64,000 nucleotides of DNA from Candidatus Magasanikiibacteriota bacterium (GCA_016182085.1 JACOYB010000006.1:88980-152979), one strand, 5' to 3'; counted from the first letter of the stretch, positions 26,786-37,292 are shown. The notes: a model not told the origin generated them from the sequence alone. A program made the numbers and translations.

Positions 26786-28033
26786 ATGAAAATAAAACAA
26801 ATCAGCGCTCGTGAAATCCTAGATTCGCGCGGTAATCCTACGGTAGAGGCAAAAGTAGTGTTGGAAAACGGCCTAAGCGCGGTTGCTAAAGTCCCTTCCG
26901 GCGCTTCAACTGGAACGCATGAAGCCCTAGAGCTTCGTGATGGCGGTAAAAGATATGGAGGAAAAGGGGTGCTGCAGGCTGTAAAGAACGTAAATACCGC
27001 GATTGCTAAAGCGCTACTTGGCATGGAAATAACTGAAATGGAAAAAATAGACGCGGCTATGATCGCGCTTGATGGCACCAAAAATAAATCAAAATTAGGC
27101 GCAAACGCGATTTTATCCGTGTCGCTCGCCGCGGCCCGAGTCGGCGCGCTTTCCGTAAATGTACCGCTCTATAAATATATAAGACAAGTATATAAAATTC
27201 CGGCAACAGATTTCAGAATGCCTGTTTTAGGCATGAATATTATAAACGGCGGCCGGCACGCGGATAACGGATTGTCCATTCAAGAATTTATGATCATGCC
27301 GCGCCATAAATTATTGCGAGAACGAGTGCGCATGGGTTCGCAAATTTTTCACGCTTTGGCGGGCTTATTGAGCCAGAAAGGGTATTCAACCGGCGTGGGT
27401 GATGAAGGTGGCTTCGCGCCAGAATTATCCAATAACGAACGAGGCATACAACTAATCTTGGAAGCAATAAAATTGGCCGGTTGGGAACCGGGCAAACAGG
27501 TATTTTTGGGCCTGGATGTCGCCGCATCCGAGTTTTATCGTCATGGAAATTATTATTTTTTGGGCAACAAACAGCCATGGCGCGCGGCAAAAATGATAGA
27601 CACCTTAAAACAATGGGTGAAAAAGTATCCGATTATTGCGATTGAGGATGGCCTTGCCGAAGATGATTGGCAAAATTGGGCAATGTTAACAAAAGAATTG
27701 GGGAAGAAAATAGTTTTGGTCGGCGATGATTTATTTGTAACTAATCCCAAGCGAATCTCCCGAGGCATAAAAGAGCAGGTGGCTAATGCCGTACTTATCA
27801 AAGTAAATCAAATCGGCACCTTATCCGAAACTGTTGCGGCTATAAAGTTGGCTCGCGCTCATAAGTATCAAATATTTGTGTCGCACCGCAGCGGTGAAAC
27901 CGCCGATACATTCATTGCCGATTTGGCGGTGGCGGTAAATTCTGAATTTATTAAAACCGGTTCCATGTCGCGTTCCGAACGAGTAGAAAAGTACAATCGT
28001 TTAATGGAAATTGAAATGGAATTAGAGGGTTAG
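26786..28033 (+). CDS. eno: enolase
   Basis: MKIKQISAREILDSRGNPTVEA N-terminus. Full-length colinearity. Extended -10 (TGATATAAT) upstream. Confidence 0.95.
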   Translation: MKIKQISAREILDSRGNPTVEAKVVLENGLSAVAKVPSGASTGTHEALELRDGGKRYGGKGVLQAVKNVNTAIAKALLGMEITEMEKIDAAMIALDGTKNKSKLGANAILSVSLAAARVGALSVNVPLYKYIRQVYKIPATDFRMPVLGMNIINGGRHADNGLSIQEFMIMPRHKLLRERVRMGSQIFHALAGLLSQKGYSTGVGDEGGFAPELSNNERGIQLILEAIKLAGWEPGKQVFLGLDVAASEFYRHGNYYFLGNKQPWRAAKMIDTLKQWVKKYPIIAIEDGLAEDDWQNWAMLTKELGKKIVLVGDDLFVTNPKRISRGIKEQVANAVLIKVNQIGTLSETVAAIKLARAHKYQIFVSHRSGETADTFIADLAVAVNSEFIKTGSMSRSERVEKYNRLMEIEMELEG

Positions 28034-28046
28034 ATGCGCATGATTT

Positions 28047-29603
28047 ATGGCTATAAAAAAACTTAGAACAACTCTTTTAGTAATTGTAGACGGTTGGGGC
28101 GTAGGCAACAGTGAGGAACCGGGGAATCCAATTACTCCAAAAAGCGCCCCTAATTATTTTTCGTTTTTGAAAAAATACCCAAATTGTCAGCTGGAAGCCA
28201 GTGGTTTAAGCGTGGGCTTATTCAAAGGCCAAGAAGGCAATAGTGAAGCCGGCCATTTGAATTTGGGGGCGGGAAGAGTAGTAAAACAAGACGCGCTGTA
28301 TATATCCGACTCAATCGCCGATGGCACATTTTTTAAAAACAGCGTTTTTCAGCAGGCGATCAGTCAGGTAAAAAAATATAAATCGTCAGTTCATTTAATG
28401 GGATTACTTTCCAATCACAATAGCGCGCACTCTTGTCCGGAACATGCATACGCTTTGTTGGATTTATTACATAGAGAAAATATAGAAAAAGTTTATTTGC
28501 ATCTTTTTACGGACGGCAGGGACTCCGGGCAATTTGAAGCGCATAAACACTTAAGACTGTTGAAGAAATTTTTTCATGGAAACGAGAAAGTAGCCACTGT
28601 TATGGGGCGATTCTATGCCATGGATAGAAATAAAAATTGGGAACGAACAGGGGCCGCCTATAAAGCTATGGTGTTGGGACAGGGGCAAAAATTTGCTAGC
28701 GCCGAAGAAGCGCTCAGAAATTCCTATAACAGCGAAGAAACTGATGAGTTTTTACAGCCCAGCGTTATTACCGAGAAAGGGCGTCCGGTAGCGACCATAA
28801 AAGAAAATGACGCGCTTATATTTTTTAATTTACGCAGCGATCGCGCCCGCCAGCTTACCAAAGCGTTTGTGCAGCCAAATTTTAAAGAAGTTAATCCCGG
28901 AGCGTTTAATAGAACTAAGCAAATAAAAAATCTTAACTTTGTCGCTTTAACCGATTTTGGCCCCGATTTGCCGGGAGTAGTGTCCGCGTTTCCCAGTCGT
29001 GACGTAAAAAAGAGTTTAGTGCAAGTTTTATGTCCCCGCAAACAACTATACTTAGCCGAATCAGAGAAGTTCGCTCACGTTACCTATTTTTTGAACGGAG
29101 GTTATGCGCAGCATTTTTGCGATGAAAACTGGGTAAAAATAGATTCGGATGATGTGAAAAATTATGCGAGTAAACCGGAAATGAGCGCGGAACGACTGAC
29201 TGATTATGTCATAAACGCCATTGAGTCTGGAAATTACGAATTTATTGCGATGAATTTTGCCAATATGGATATGGTGGGTCATACGGGCAATTTTGCGGCT
29301 GCGCAAAAGGCAGTGAGCGCCGTAGATGCGGCTCTAGGCCGGATTGTAAAAGCTTTGCTTAAAAATCAGGGGCAGGGTATCATAACGGCCGATCATGGCA
29401 ATATTGAAGTAATGATAAATCCAGAAAGCGGCGAACCGGACACTGAACATTCAACCAATCCGGTGCCGTTTATCTTGATAAATAGCTGGATTAAAACCCC
29501 GGACAAATTACCTGATGGAAAATTGGCAAATGTCGCGCCGACTGTTTTGAAAATGATGGGGGTTGATAAGCCAGTTGAGATGACTGCCAAGAGCCTTATT
29601 TAG
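28047..29603 (+). CDS. gpmI: 2,3-bisphosphoglycerate-independent phosphoglycerate mutase (copy 1)
   Basis: VIVDGWG...NSE.GHLN.GAGR N-terminal metalloenzyme motifs and C-terminal ADHGN phosphatase-domain motif. Confidence 0.85.
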   Translation: MAIKKLRTTLLVIVDGWGVGNSEEPGNPITPKSAPNYFSFLKKYPNCQLEASGLSVGLFKGQEGNSEAGHLNLGAGRVVKQDALYISDSIADGTFFKNSVFQQAISQVKKYKSSVHLMGLLSNHNSAHSCPEHAYALLDLLHRENIEKVYLHLFTDGRDSGQFEAHKHLRLLKKFFHGNEKVATVMGRFYAMDRNKNWERTGAAYKAMVLGQGQKFASAEEALRNSYNSEETDEFLQPSVITEKGRPVATIKENDALIFFNLRSDRARQLTKAFVQPNFKEVNPGAFNRTKQIKNLNFVALTDFGPDLPGVVSAFPSRDVKKSLVQVLCPRKQLYLAESEKFAHVTYFLNGGYAQHFCDENWVKIDSDDVKNYASKPEMSAERLTDYVINAIESGNYEFIAMNFANMDMVGHTGNFAAAQKAVSAVDAALGRIVKALLKNQGQGIITADHGNIEVMINPESGEPDTEHSTNPVPFILINSWIKTPDKLPDGKLANVAPTVLKMMGVDKPVEMTAKSLI

Positions 29604-29623
29604 AAATTAGAAGCAGAGAAAAT

Positions 29624-31201
29624 ATGAGTTATAAACCTGTAGTACTAATAATTATGGATGGTTGGGGGATTGCTCCGCATGTTGATGGCAATGCGATTAC
29701 AAAAGCTGATACACCCAACCTGAATAAATTTTTGAAGAATTATCCGACCATGACTATTCACGCTTCTGGAAATGAGGTGGGACTTATGTTTGGAGAAATG
29801 GGAAATTCCGAAGTGGGCCACCTAAATATTGGCGCGGGCCGTGTGTACTATCAAAGTTGTCCAAGAATAAACCGGGCCATAGATGACAGTAGTTTTTTTG
29901 AAATACCGGCATTTTTACAGGCCCTGGAAAGAGTAAAACAAAATAATTCAAGTTTGCATTTGGTGGGGCTTGTTAGTTCCGGCAATGTTCATTCCAGCAA
30001 TCAGCACCTGTACGCGCTTTTGGAGTTATGCAAAAAGCAAAAATTAACAAAAAATGTTTTTATTCATGCGGTTCTAGACGGCCGCGATGCTTTGTATAAT
30101 TCCGGAAAGGAATTTATTTCCGAATTACAGCAAAAAATTTCCGAAATAAAAGTAGGAAAAATTGCAACACTATCCGGTCGCTACTTTGCCATGGACAGAG
30201 ATAATCGCTGGGACAGATGCGAAAAAGCGTATCGCGCTATTGCCGAAGGCAAAGCTGATCGCTACGCCGAAGACCCGATAAAAGTAATTGATGAATCTTA
30301 TGCTCAGAAAAATTATGATGAAGAGTTTGTCCCCACGGTTTTAACTTCCAAAAATAAACCAGTGGCAACGATTGCCAAAGATGATGCGGTAATTTTCTTT
30401 AATTTCAGACCGGATCGCGCCAGAGAGTTGGCCGAAGCCTTTGCCGTGCCGTCTTTTAATAAATTTTCCAAAGAGTATTTGAAAGATTTGCTCGTTGTAA
30501 CCATGACCGAATATGAAAAAGATTTACCAGTGGCGGTAGCTTTTGCGCCGGTGGTGGTTCATAATTCTCTTGCCGAAGTTATCAGTAAAGCCGGGCTCAA
30601 ACAAATACATGTGGCGGAAACGGAAAAATACGCGCACGTTACTTTCTTTTTAAATGGTACCGTAGAGGCGCCATTTCCCGGCGAAGACCGATTGCTCATT
30701 CCATCAGCGCGGGTTGCCAGTTATGACCAAAAACCAGAGATGTCAGCTCCGGAAATTACCAAAGAAGTAAACAAAATAATAGACCGCGGCAAGTATGATT
30801 TTATAGTTTTAAATCTTGCCAATGCCGATATGGTAGGGCATACGGGCGATTTGCAGGCTGGAATCAAAGCCTGTGAGATAATCGATAAATGTTTGGGGGA
30901 AATAATTGATCATGCCTTGGCGCAAAACGGAGCCGTAGCGATAACTGCCGATCATGGCAATGCCGAAGAGATGAAAAATTTACAGACTGGCGAAATAGAT
31001 AAAGAACATTCTACCAACCCAGTACCGCTTATTATTATCAGCAAAGATTTCTTGGGCCAAGCTGGCCCGTCCGGAGATCCGCCCGAGGGCGACCTTAGTT
31101 TAATGCAACCGGTGGGTATTTTGGCCGATGTCGCGCCAACTGTTTTAAAATTACTGGGTATTGATCAGCCAGAAGACATGACCGGGCAGGCTTTGATTTA
31201 G
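29624..31201 (+). CDS. gpmI: 2,3-bisphosphoglycerate-independent phosphoglycerate mutase (copy 2, diverged tandem paralog)
   Basis: Same motif set (IMDGWG, NSEVGHLNIGAGR, ADHGNAE). Clearly diverged from copy 1 at protein and DNA level. Confidence 0.85.
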   Translation: MSYKPVVLIIMDGWGIAPHVDGNAITKADTPNLNKFLKNYPTMTIHASGNEVGLMFGEMGNSEVGHLNIGAGRVYYQSCPRINRAIDDSSFFEIPAFLQALERVKQNNSSLHLVGLVSSGNVHSSNQHLYALLELCKKQKLTKNVFIHAVLDGRDALYNSGKEFISELQQKISEIKVGKIATLSGRYFAMDRDNRWDRCEKAYRAIAEGKADRYAEDPIKVIDESYAQKNYDEEFVPTVLTSKNKPVATIAKDDAVIFFNFRPDRARELAEAFAVPSFNKFSKEYLKDLLVVTMTEYEKDLPVAVAFAPVVVHNSLAEVISKAGLKQIHVAETEKYAHVTFFLNGTVEAPFPGEDRLLIPSARVASYDQKPEMSAPEITKEVNKIIDRGKYDFIVLNLANADMVGHTGDLQAGIKACEIIDKCLGEIIDHALAQNGAVAITADHGNAEEMKNLQTGEIDKEHSTNPVPLIIISKDFLGQAGPSGDPPEGDLSLMQPVGILADVAPTVLKLLGIDQPEDMTGQALI

Positions 31202-31425
31202 CTTAATTTAGCAAAAATAATATAAAAAAGCCTTGACAAGAAGGTTTTTTTGTGATATCATTTTTTATTCAATAATAACTGTCCTTTATAAATAAGAGCC
31301 TTTATTCTAGCTTATTTTAAATAAAAAATAATTTATAATGAAGGCTGGTATACCAGATCTTCCTCTTTGCCATGGTGGTAAGGAGTAAACCCTTTACAAA
31401 AAGGGTAGATAGAAAGGAAGCCGCT

Positions 31426-31926
31426 ATGAAGAGCGTCTTTCGCACATTGGCACATTTACAGGAGCAGCTCGGTGAGCAGTGCTTTGCGGAGCTGTTGAGT
31501 TCAGACAACACTCGCGCTGTACGGAAGTTCGCCATCAAGCTGGCTTTAGCGAAACTCCCTACCGAGATCACTCTTGGTCGGCGTAGGTACGAAGTCCTCA
31601 GCTTCCACAAGCCAGGGGAAGAAGAGTATGTCGACAGTGATACCATGGTCAGCAGGACTGCAGAGATGAATGCCAGCCTCGATGCCAAGGAGCGACGGTA
31701 TATCCTCAAACATCAGGCTGATTTCCCTCCAGAATGCCGTATCGTTAGTTTCTTCTTCACTAACGACTTCCGGCTGGGTTCTGCGCCAGCGTGGTCAAAG
31801 GAGCGTCCGAAGCAGATGTGTAGCATCGGCTGGAGCTACGGTTCGGATTCCTGGCTTGAGAGTTGGCAGCCCCTGGAAGGCAGGGTGTACGATGTGAATT
31901 GTCAAGTTCTCCGTCCTAAGATGTGA
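31426..31926 (+). CDS. hypothetical protein encoded on a high-G+C island
   Basis: ORF track 31372..31926. AAAGGAAG SD lies 6 nt before the ATG at 31426. Composition is strikingly more G+C-rich than all neighbours. No recognisable domain. Confidence 0.45.
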   Translation: MKSVFRTLAHLQEQLGEQCFAELLSSDNTRAVRKFAIKLALAKLPTEITLGRRRYEVLSFHKPGEEEYVDSDTMVSRTAEMNASLDAKERRYILKHQADFPPECRIVSFFFTNDFRLGSAPAWSKERPKQMCSIGWSYGSDSWLESWQPLEGRVYDVNCQVLRPKM

Positions 31927-31955
31927 ACAGTTGGTACCAAGCGGAGAGCCTTTAC

Positions 31956-32017
31956 AGTTCGCCGCCCAACACCACTTTGTAAGGATAAATTATTTTTATA
32001 AAGTGGTGCGGCGAACT
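31956..32017. repeat. long imperfect hairpin (18-bp stem, AGTTCGCCGC..CACCACTTT / AAAGTGGTGCGGCGAACT) bounding the GC island
   Basis: Read directly. Followed by a second short bidirectional terminator at 32029-32060. Confidence 0.5.
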
Positions 32018-32069
32018 TTAATTATATAAAAAGACCCCGAATATATCGAGGTCTTTTTATATTAAAATT

Positions 32070-33215
32070 TTAAATATTACCAAGTGCCTTCTTAATCTTT
32101 TCAATAATTTCTATCTCAACCTCTTTAATAGTTTTATTATTTAACGCAAATGTCGCGGTTTTTTTGTTCCCTTCCGACTGCAGTCCTTGTAAAAGTATTT
32201 TGGCATCATGGTGACGATCGGCATACAAAAAGCCGTGAATTTTGTTTTCTGCGCCCATGTCTTCGTATAGGAGTAAAATAATTTTTGCTTCCGGAGAATT
32301 ATGTATGAGTTCTTCGGTTAGTCCGCGCAGTTCTTCTTGGGTAGCGCCGGCTCGGGAAAAATCATCCCTCGTAATAGTTGTCCAAACTAGTCCTAGTTTG
32401 GGGTCATTTTGCATATGGGTTAGCGCGGTGCCCCAAATGCGAAGTGAAGCGATAGATTTAGTGCGGTAGAGGTTTTTAACAATCTTTTCTCTGTCTGCGC
32501 CCAGCGTTATGAGTTTGCTGGCAATGCTAAGCGTGGCCGGGCTTACATTGGCGGTTTTAAAACTTTGAGTTTGGCTAATCATGCCAGTTAGCAGCAGGGT
32601 AGCAATCTCGGCATCAATATCATGTTCAAATAATTGGGCGATAGTTTTATAAATATTTTCAGTTATGGCCGTACTATTTAAATCCACGAAATTGATTTGT
32701 CCGAAATGTTCGTTGCCCGGGTGATTATCAAAATTGATTACCGGTACTTTATAAAATAAATCCGTGTTATTAAAAAAAACATTCCCTAAGGATGCCAAAT
32801 CTTGGGAGTTTAAGACGATAATTAGATCATATTTTAATCCGGACTGAGCCGTGCGCAGTTCGTTTTTGGTAATGATGCCTTGTTTGGGCGTCAAATAAAT
32901 TGATAGCCAATTATCTTTAATATCATAGCTTAGGGTATCAATCTTAACATTACTAACGTCAACTTTGAGGATAAATTTTTGTAAATGGGAAAGTTGCGGC
33001 TGGATTCCTTCCAGGCCTTTAAGGAAGTTAAGGTTTTTTGGCACGACAAAACCGCTCGCGACAATATCAACCTGCTTGCGGTGTTTTTCAAGCAGTTTTT
33101 TAAGCGCCACACCGCCACAGATCGAATCAGTATTGTGATTGGCACTCGTTACTATCAAAATATGCTGGCTTTTTTCAACAGCTTGTCGTAATTGTTCAAT
33201 TTCGTTAAGAGCCAT
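32070..33215 (-). CDS. DHH-family phosphoesterase (NrnA-like), divergent
   Basis: VINFDNHPGNE resembles DHH motif III. N-terminal Asp-rich motifs present. DHHA1 GGGH not evident. Confidence 0.45.
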   Translation of the reverse strand: MALNEIEQLRQAVEKSQHILIVTSANHNTDSICGGVALKKLLEKHRKQVDIVASGFVVPKNLNFLKGLEGIQPQLSHLQKFILKVDVSNVKIDTLSYDIKDNWLSIYLTPKQGIITKNELRTAQSGLKYDLIIVLNSQDLASLGNVFFNNTDLFYKVPVINFDNHPGNEHFGQINFVDLNSTAITENIYKTIAQLFEHDIDAEIATLLLTGMISQTQSFKTANVSPATLSIASKLITLGADREKIVKNLYRTKSIASLRIWGTALTHMQNDPKLGLVWTTITRDDFSRAGATQEELRGLTEELIHNSPEAKIILLLYEDMGAENKIHGFLYADRHHDAKILLQGLQSEGNKKTATFALNNKTIKEVEIEIIEKIKKALGNI

Positions 33216-33361
33216 GGTGTTAAGTTAGTTATGGGTAGAACTAGGTTTAATTATTTTAAATAACAGCCTATCTTAGCAGAGTTTTCCCGGCTTGTCAACC
33301 CGTATTCTGGGGGGCAGTTCGTTTGATTTTTTTCCTTAATTTTAGTATTATACTAGTCGTT

Positions 33362-35953
33362 ATGACCGAATTGTCCAAGGCCTACGAGCCAAAGCAGTAC
33401 GAAGATGCAATCTATAAAAAATGGGAAGAATCAGGGTTATTTAACCCTGATGTTTGTGTTGAGAAAGGGGTAACAGAGCCAAAATCAGAACATTTCTCTA
33501 TTGTTCTGCCACCACCCAACGTTACTGGTACCTTGCATATGGGCCATGCTGCCATGCTGGCCATAGAAGATGTAATGGTGCGATACCACCGCATGAAGGG
33601 TGACCGTACACTATGGGTGCCTGGTACCGACCATGCTGCTATTGCTACCCAGGCCAAGGTAGAAAAGTTACTGATAGAGAATGAAGGCAAAACCAAATAT
33701 GATTTAGGAAGACCAGAATTTCTCAAACGAGTAGAGAAATTTGCTCAAGAAAGTCACGACACGATTGTAAATCAGGCCCGCAAAATGGGCGCATCTTTGG
33801 ATTGGAGCAGGGAAGCCTATACTTTGGATGAAAAAAGAAATTTGGCCGTGCGTACGGTGTTTAAAAAAATGTATGATGATGGGCTTATTTATCGCGGGCA
33901 CCGCATTGTAAATTGGGATCCAAAAGGTCAGACAGTTATCTCGGATGATGAAATTGTTTATGAAGAAAGAAAAAATAAGTTCTATACATTTAAGTATGGT
34001 CCGTTTGAGATAGGTACAGCCAGACCAGAAACAAAATTTGGTGATAAGTATGTGGTAATGCATCCGGATGATAAGAGGTATAAAAAATGGAAACACATGC
34101 AAAAAATTACCGTGGAATGGATTAATGCTCCGATTGAGGCGACTGTTATTAAAGACCCAATGATTGATATGGAATTTGGTACGGGAGTTATGACAATCAC
34201 CCCTTGGCATTCCCACGAAGATTTTGCGTTGGCAGAAAAATATAAATTAGATAAGGAGCAAATTATTGATAAAGAAGGAAAGTTATTGCCAATCGCGCAA
34301 GAATTTTCTGGAATGAAAATTACCGAAGCAAAAGATAAAATAGTTGAAAAATTAAAAACTAAAGGTCTGCTCGTTAGTGTAGATGAAAATTATATTAATA
34401 GAATTGCAACTGCCGAAAGAACCGGTGGTGTTGTAGAGCCTCAAGTTATGGAGCAATGGTTTGTAAACGTAAATAAACCTGTAAAAGAACGAGGCAATAA
34501 GACATTGAAAGAATTGATGCAGGACGTAGTAAAAAATAAGAAAATAGAAATAGTGCCTGATCATTTTGAAAAAACATATTTCCATTGGATAGATAATCTG
34601 CGTGACTGGTGTATTAGCCGTCAGATTTGGTTTGGACACCAGATTCCGGTTTGGTATAAAGGCGAAGAGGTTTATGTTGGTGTTGATGCTCCGGCAGGTG
34701 ATGGTTGGCAGCAAGACTCAGACACTTTGGATACTTGGTTTTCTTCTGGTCTGTGGACTTTTTCTACCTTGGGTTATCCAGATTTAAAGGCAGAAGATTT
34801 AAAAAACTATCATCCAACATCAGTAATGGAAACTGGTTATGATATCTTGTTTTTCTGGGTGGCGCGTATGATTCTTATGACCACCTATGTTTTGGGTGAT
34901 GTGCCGTTTAAAACTGTATACTTGCATGGACTAGTTCGAGACGAGCAAGGAAGAAAGATGAGTAAATCTTTGGGTAATGTTATCAATCCGCTAGATATGA
35001 TTGCCAAGTATGGTACAGATGCCACGCGCTTGTCTCTGTTGCTTGGAAATACACCTGGCAATGATATGAAGTTATCCGAAGAAAAAATTGCTGGCTTTAG
35101 AAATTTTACCAATAAACTTTGGAATATTTCTAGGTTTATGTTGTTAAATATCGAAGAGCCAAAAATAGACGTTAAAGAACCAAAAGCAAAAACTTTGGCT
35201 GATGAATGGATTTTGGAATCGCTGGAGATTATGAAATCTTTAGTTGAAGGCAGTATTGTAAAGTATAATTTTGCAATAGCAGGAGAAATGCTAAAAGAAT
35301 TTACATGGAATCATTTAGCAGATTGGTACTTGGAAATAGCAAAGGTAGAGGGTGGGAAGTCAGAAATTTTAAATTATATTTTAAACAATATTCTGAAGTT
35401 ATGGCATCCGTATATGCCATTTGTAACTGAATCAATTTGGCAGGAAGTTTATGGGGAGGGTAGGTCGCTAATGGTAGAAAAATGGCCATCGTCAGTACAT
35501 AGCTTAGGTTCATTTGGAGATGAAAGAAATGTGGACTTTTTAATCGTTAAAGAAGTGATAGAAAAAATTCGTTCTCTTAGGGCTGAATACAAAATTGAAC
35601 CAGCAAAAAAGATAGGTGCAAAAATTAATATTGGAAAGAAAGAAAAAGTAGTAAAAGATAATGAAGATATAATTAAAGCTTTAGCTCGGTTAGAAAAGTT
35701 AGAGTTTGTAGAATCTGGAGCAGAAATTGCTTTGGATTTGGCTGGGGCAGTAGATGTAGAAAAAGAAAAGCCAAGACTAGAAAAAGAAATTGCCGAAATA
35801 AAAAAGTATGTAACTGGTTTGGAAAATAAAGTATCAAATAAAGAATTTGTAGATAATGCGCCAAAAGCAGTAGTAGAAAAAGAACAAGAAAAATTAAGTG
35901 AAGCACAAAGTAAATTAGCTAAATTACAAGAACAACTTGCTAACCTAAAATAA
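33362..35953 (+). CDS. valS: valine--tRNA ligase
   Basis: PPPNVTGTLHMGHA (HIGH) and KMSKS motifs. C-terminal coiled coil. ATG 33362 preferred over 33323. Confidence 0.9.
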   Translation: MTELSKAYEPKQYEDAIYKKWEESGLFNPDVCVEKGVTEPKSEHFSIVLPPPNVTGTLHMGHAAMLAIEDVMVRYHRMKGDRTLWVPGTDHAAIATQAKVEKLLIENEGKTKYDLGRPEFLKRVEKFAQESHDTIVNQARKMGASLDWSREAYTLDEKRNLAVRTVFKKMYDDGLIYRGHRIVNWDPKGQTVISDDEIVYEERKNKFYTFKYGPFEIGTARPETKFGDKYVVMHPDDKRYKKWKHMQKITVEWINAPIEATVIKDPMIDMEFGTGVMTITPWHSHEDFALAEKYKLDKEQIIDKEGKLLPIAQEFSGMKITEAKDKIVEKLKTKGLLVSVDENYINRIATAERTGGVVEPQVMEQWFVNVNKPVKERGNKTLKELMQDVVKNKKIEIVPDHFEKTYFHWIDNLRDWCISRQIWFGHQIPVWYKGEEVYVGVDAPAGDGWQQDSDTLDTWFSSGLWTFSTLGYPDLKAEDLKNYHPTSVMETGYDILFFWVARMILMTTYVLGDVPFKTVYLHGLVRDEQGRKMSKSLGNVINPLDMIAKYGTDATRLSLLLGNTPGNDMKLSEEKIAGFRNFTNKLWNISRFMLLNIEEPKIDVKEPKAKTLADEWILESLEIMKSLVEGSIVKYNFAIAGEMLKEFTWNHLADWYLEIAKVEGGKSEILNYILNNILKLWHPYMPFVTESIWQEVYGEGRSLMVEKWPSSVHSLGSFGDERNVDFLIVKEVIEKIRSLRAEYKIEPAKKIGAKINIGKKEKVVKDNEDIIKALARLEKLEFVESGAEIALDLAGAVDVEKEKPRLEKEIAEIKKYVTGLENKVSNKEFVDNAPKAVVEKEQEKLSEAQSKLAKLQEQLANLK

Positions 35954-35957
35954 CTTT

Positions 35958-37142
35958 ATGTCAGTAAATACCGGCGCGCAAAAAATCGAGGAGCTGTTAT
36001 CTAGGGGTGTAGAAAATATTTATCCGAAAAAAGAATTTTTGGAATCCAGGCTAAAATCCGGTGAGCAATTAACTTTGTATACCGGCTATGATCCAACTGC
36101 GCCGTCGCTTCATATTGGCCATGGTATTACCATGCTTAAACTGCGCCAATTTCAAGATTTGGGGCACAAAATTATTATGCTTATCGGAGATTTTACCGGC
36201 ATGATTGGCGACCCTACAGACAAAACTTCAGCCAGACAAAAATTAACCCGCAAACAAGTTTTGGAAAATTGCAAAAATTATAAAAAACAAGCAGAGGCTA
36301 TTTTGAATTTCAAAGGTTCAAACAAAGTAGAAGTAAAGTTTAATAGTAAATGGCTTGGTAAAATGAGTTTTGAAGATGTGGTAGAACTATCATCGCATTT
36401 TACTGTGCAAAGAATGTTGGAACGAGATATGTTTGAAAACAGAATGAAAGAAGAAAAGCCAATTTACCTTCATGAATTTTTGTATCCGCTTATGCAAGGC
36501 TATGATAGCGTGGCAATGGATGTGGATGGAGAAGTGGGTGGCAATGACCAGACATTTAATATGTTGGCCGGCCGAACGCTGATGAAAGGTTTAAAAAACA
36601 AAGAAAAATTTGTACTCACTACCAAGTTATTAGTAGATGCCAGTGGAAAGAAAATGGGCAAAACCGAAGGCAACATGGTTTCTCTTTCCGATAAACCGGA
36701 AGATATGTTTGGCAAAGTTATGAGCTGGACAGACGAAATGATGAGCAAAGGATTTGAGCTATGCACCACTTTGCCAATGGATGAGGTAAAGAAGTTGGAA
36801 TCATCTACGCCAAATCCGCGTGATCTAAAATTAAAATTGGCCTTCGAGATTGTAAAAACATTTTTAGGAGAAAAGTTTGCCAAGTCTGCGCAAGAGAATT
36901 TTCACAGGGTTTTTCAAGAAAGATCTAAACCGCAAGAAATTCCAGAATTAAAACCAAGCGTCAATGATATTATTACAGTTTTGGTGGAGTCGCAAATTTG
37001 CAAGAGTAAATCCGAAGCGCGCCAGGTAATAGCCCAGGGCGGGGTAAAAATAAATGATAAGAAGGTAGAAGCTATAGACGTTCAGGTAAAAGCGGGCGAT
37101 GTAGTGCAAAAAGGCAGTAGATTTTTTGTGAAAATTGTTTAG
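35958..37142 (+). CDS. tyrS: tyrosine--tRNA ligase
   Basis: YTGYDPTAPSLHIGHG (HIGH), KMGKT (KMSKS) and C-terminal S4-like domain. Confidence 0.85.
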   Translation: MSVNTGAQKIEELLSRGVENIYPKKEFLESRLKSGEQLTLYTGYDPTAPSLHIGHGITMLKLRQFQDLGHKIIMLIGDFTGMIGDPTDKTSARQKLTRKQVLENCKNYKKQAEAILNFKGSNKVEVKFNSKWLGKMSFEDVVELSSHFTVQRMLERDMFENRMKEEKPIYLHEFLYPLMQGYDSVAMDVDGEVGGNDQTFNMLAGRTLMKGLKNKEKFVLTTKLLVDASGKKMGKTEGNMVSLSDKPEDMFGKVMSWTDEMMSKGFELCTTLPMDEVKKLESSTPNPRDLKLKLAFEIVKTFLGEKFAKSAQENFHRVFQERSKPQEIPELKPSVNDIITVLVESQICKSKSEARQVIAQGGVKINDKKVEAIDVQVKAGDVVQKGSRFFVKIV

Positions 37143-37200
37143 GGAGTAGGGCGTAAGAAGTAAGGAGTAGTGAGTAGAGAAAATTTATCCTTTTTGTGGT

Positions 37201-37292
37201 TCCTCCCCCTATAAGGGGGAGGATAAAGGAGGGGGTTTAAAGACAATAAAAATAAAACCCCACCCTCTGTCCCTCCCCTTATAGGGGAGGGA
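37201..37292. repeat. compound inverted repeat: two ~38-nt arms, each with an internal 9-bp G/C hairpin (TCCTCCCCC-tataa-GGGGGAGGA; TCCCTCCCC-ttata-GGGGAGGGA)
   Basis: The arms are ~85% identical in inverted orientation and separated by AAAGACAATAAAAAT. Preceded by a purine-rich (AGTAG)n tract at 37143-37180. Confidence 0.5.

Noticed and set aside
31670-31897. 75-aa alternative-frame ORF inside the GC-island gene
   Set aside because: Fully nested in the longer SD-led frame. Arg/Ser-rich composition typical of an off-frame GC-rich read.
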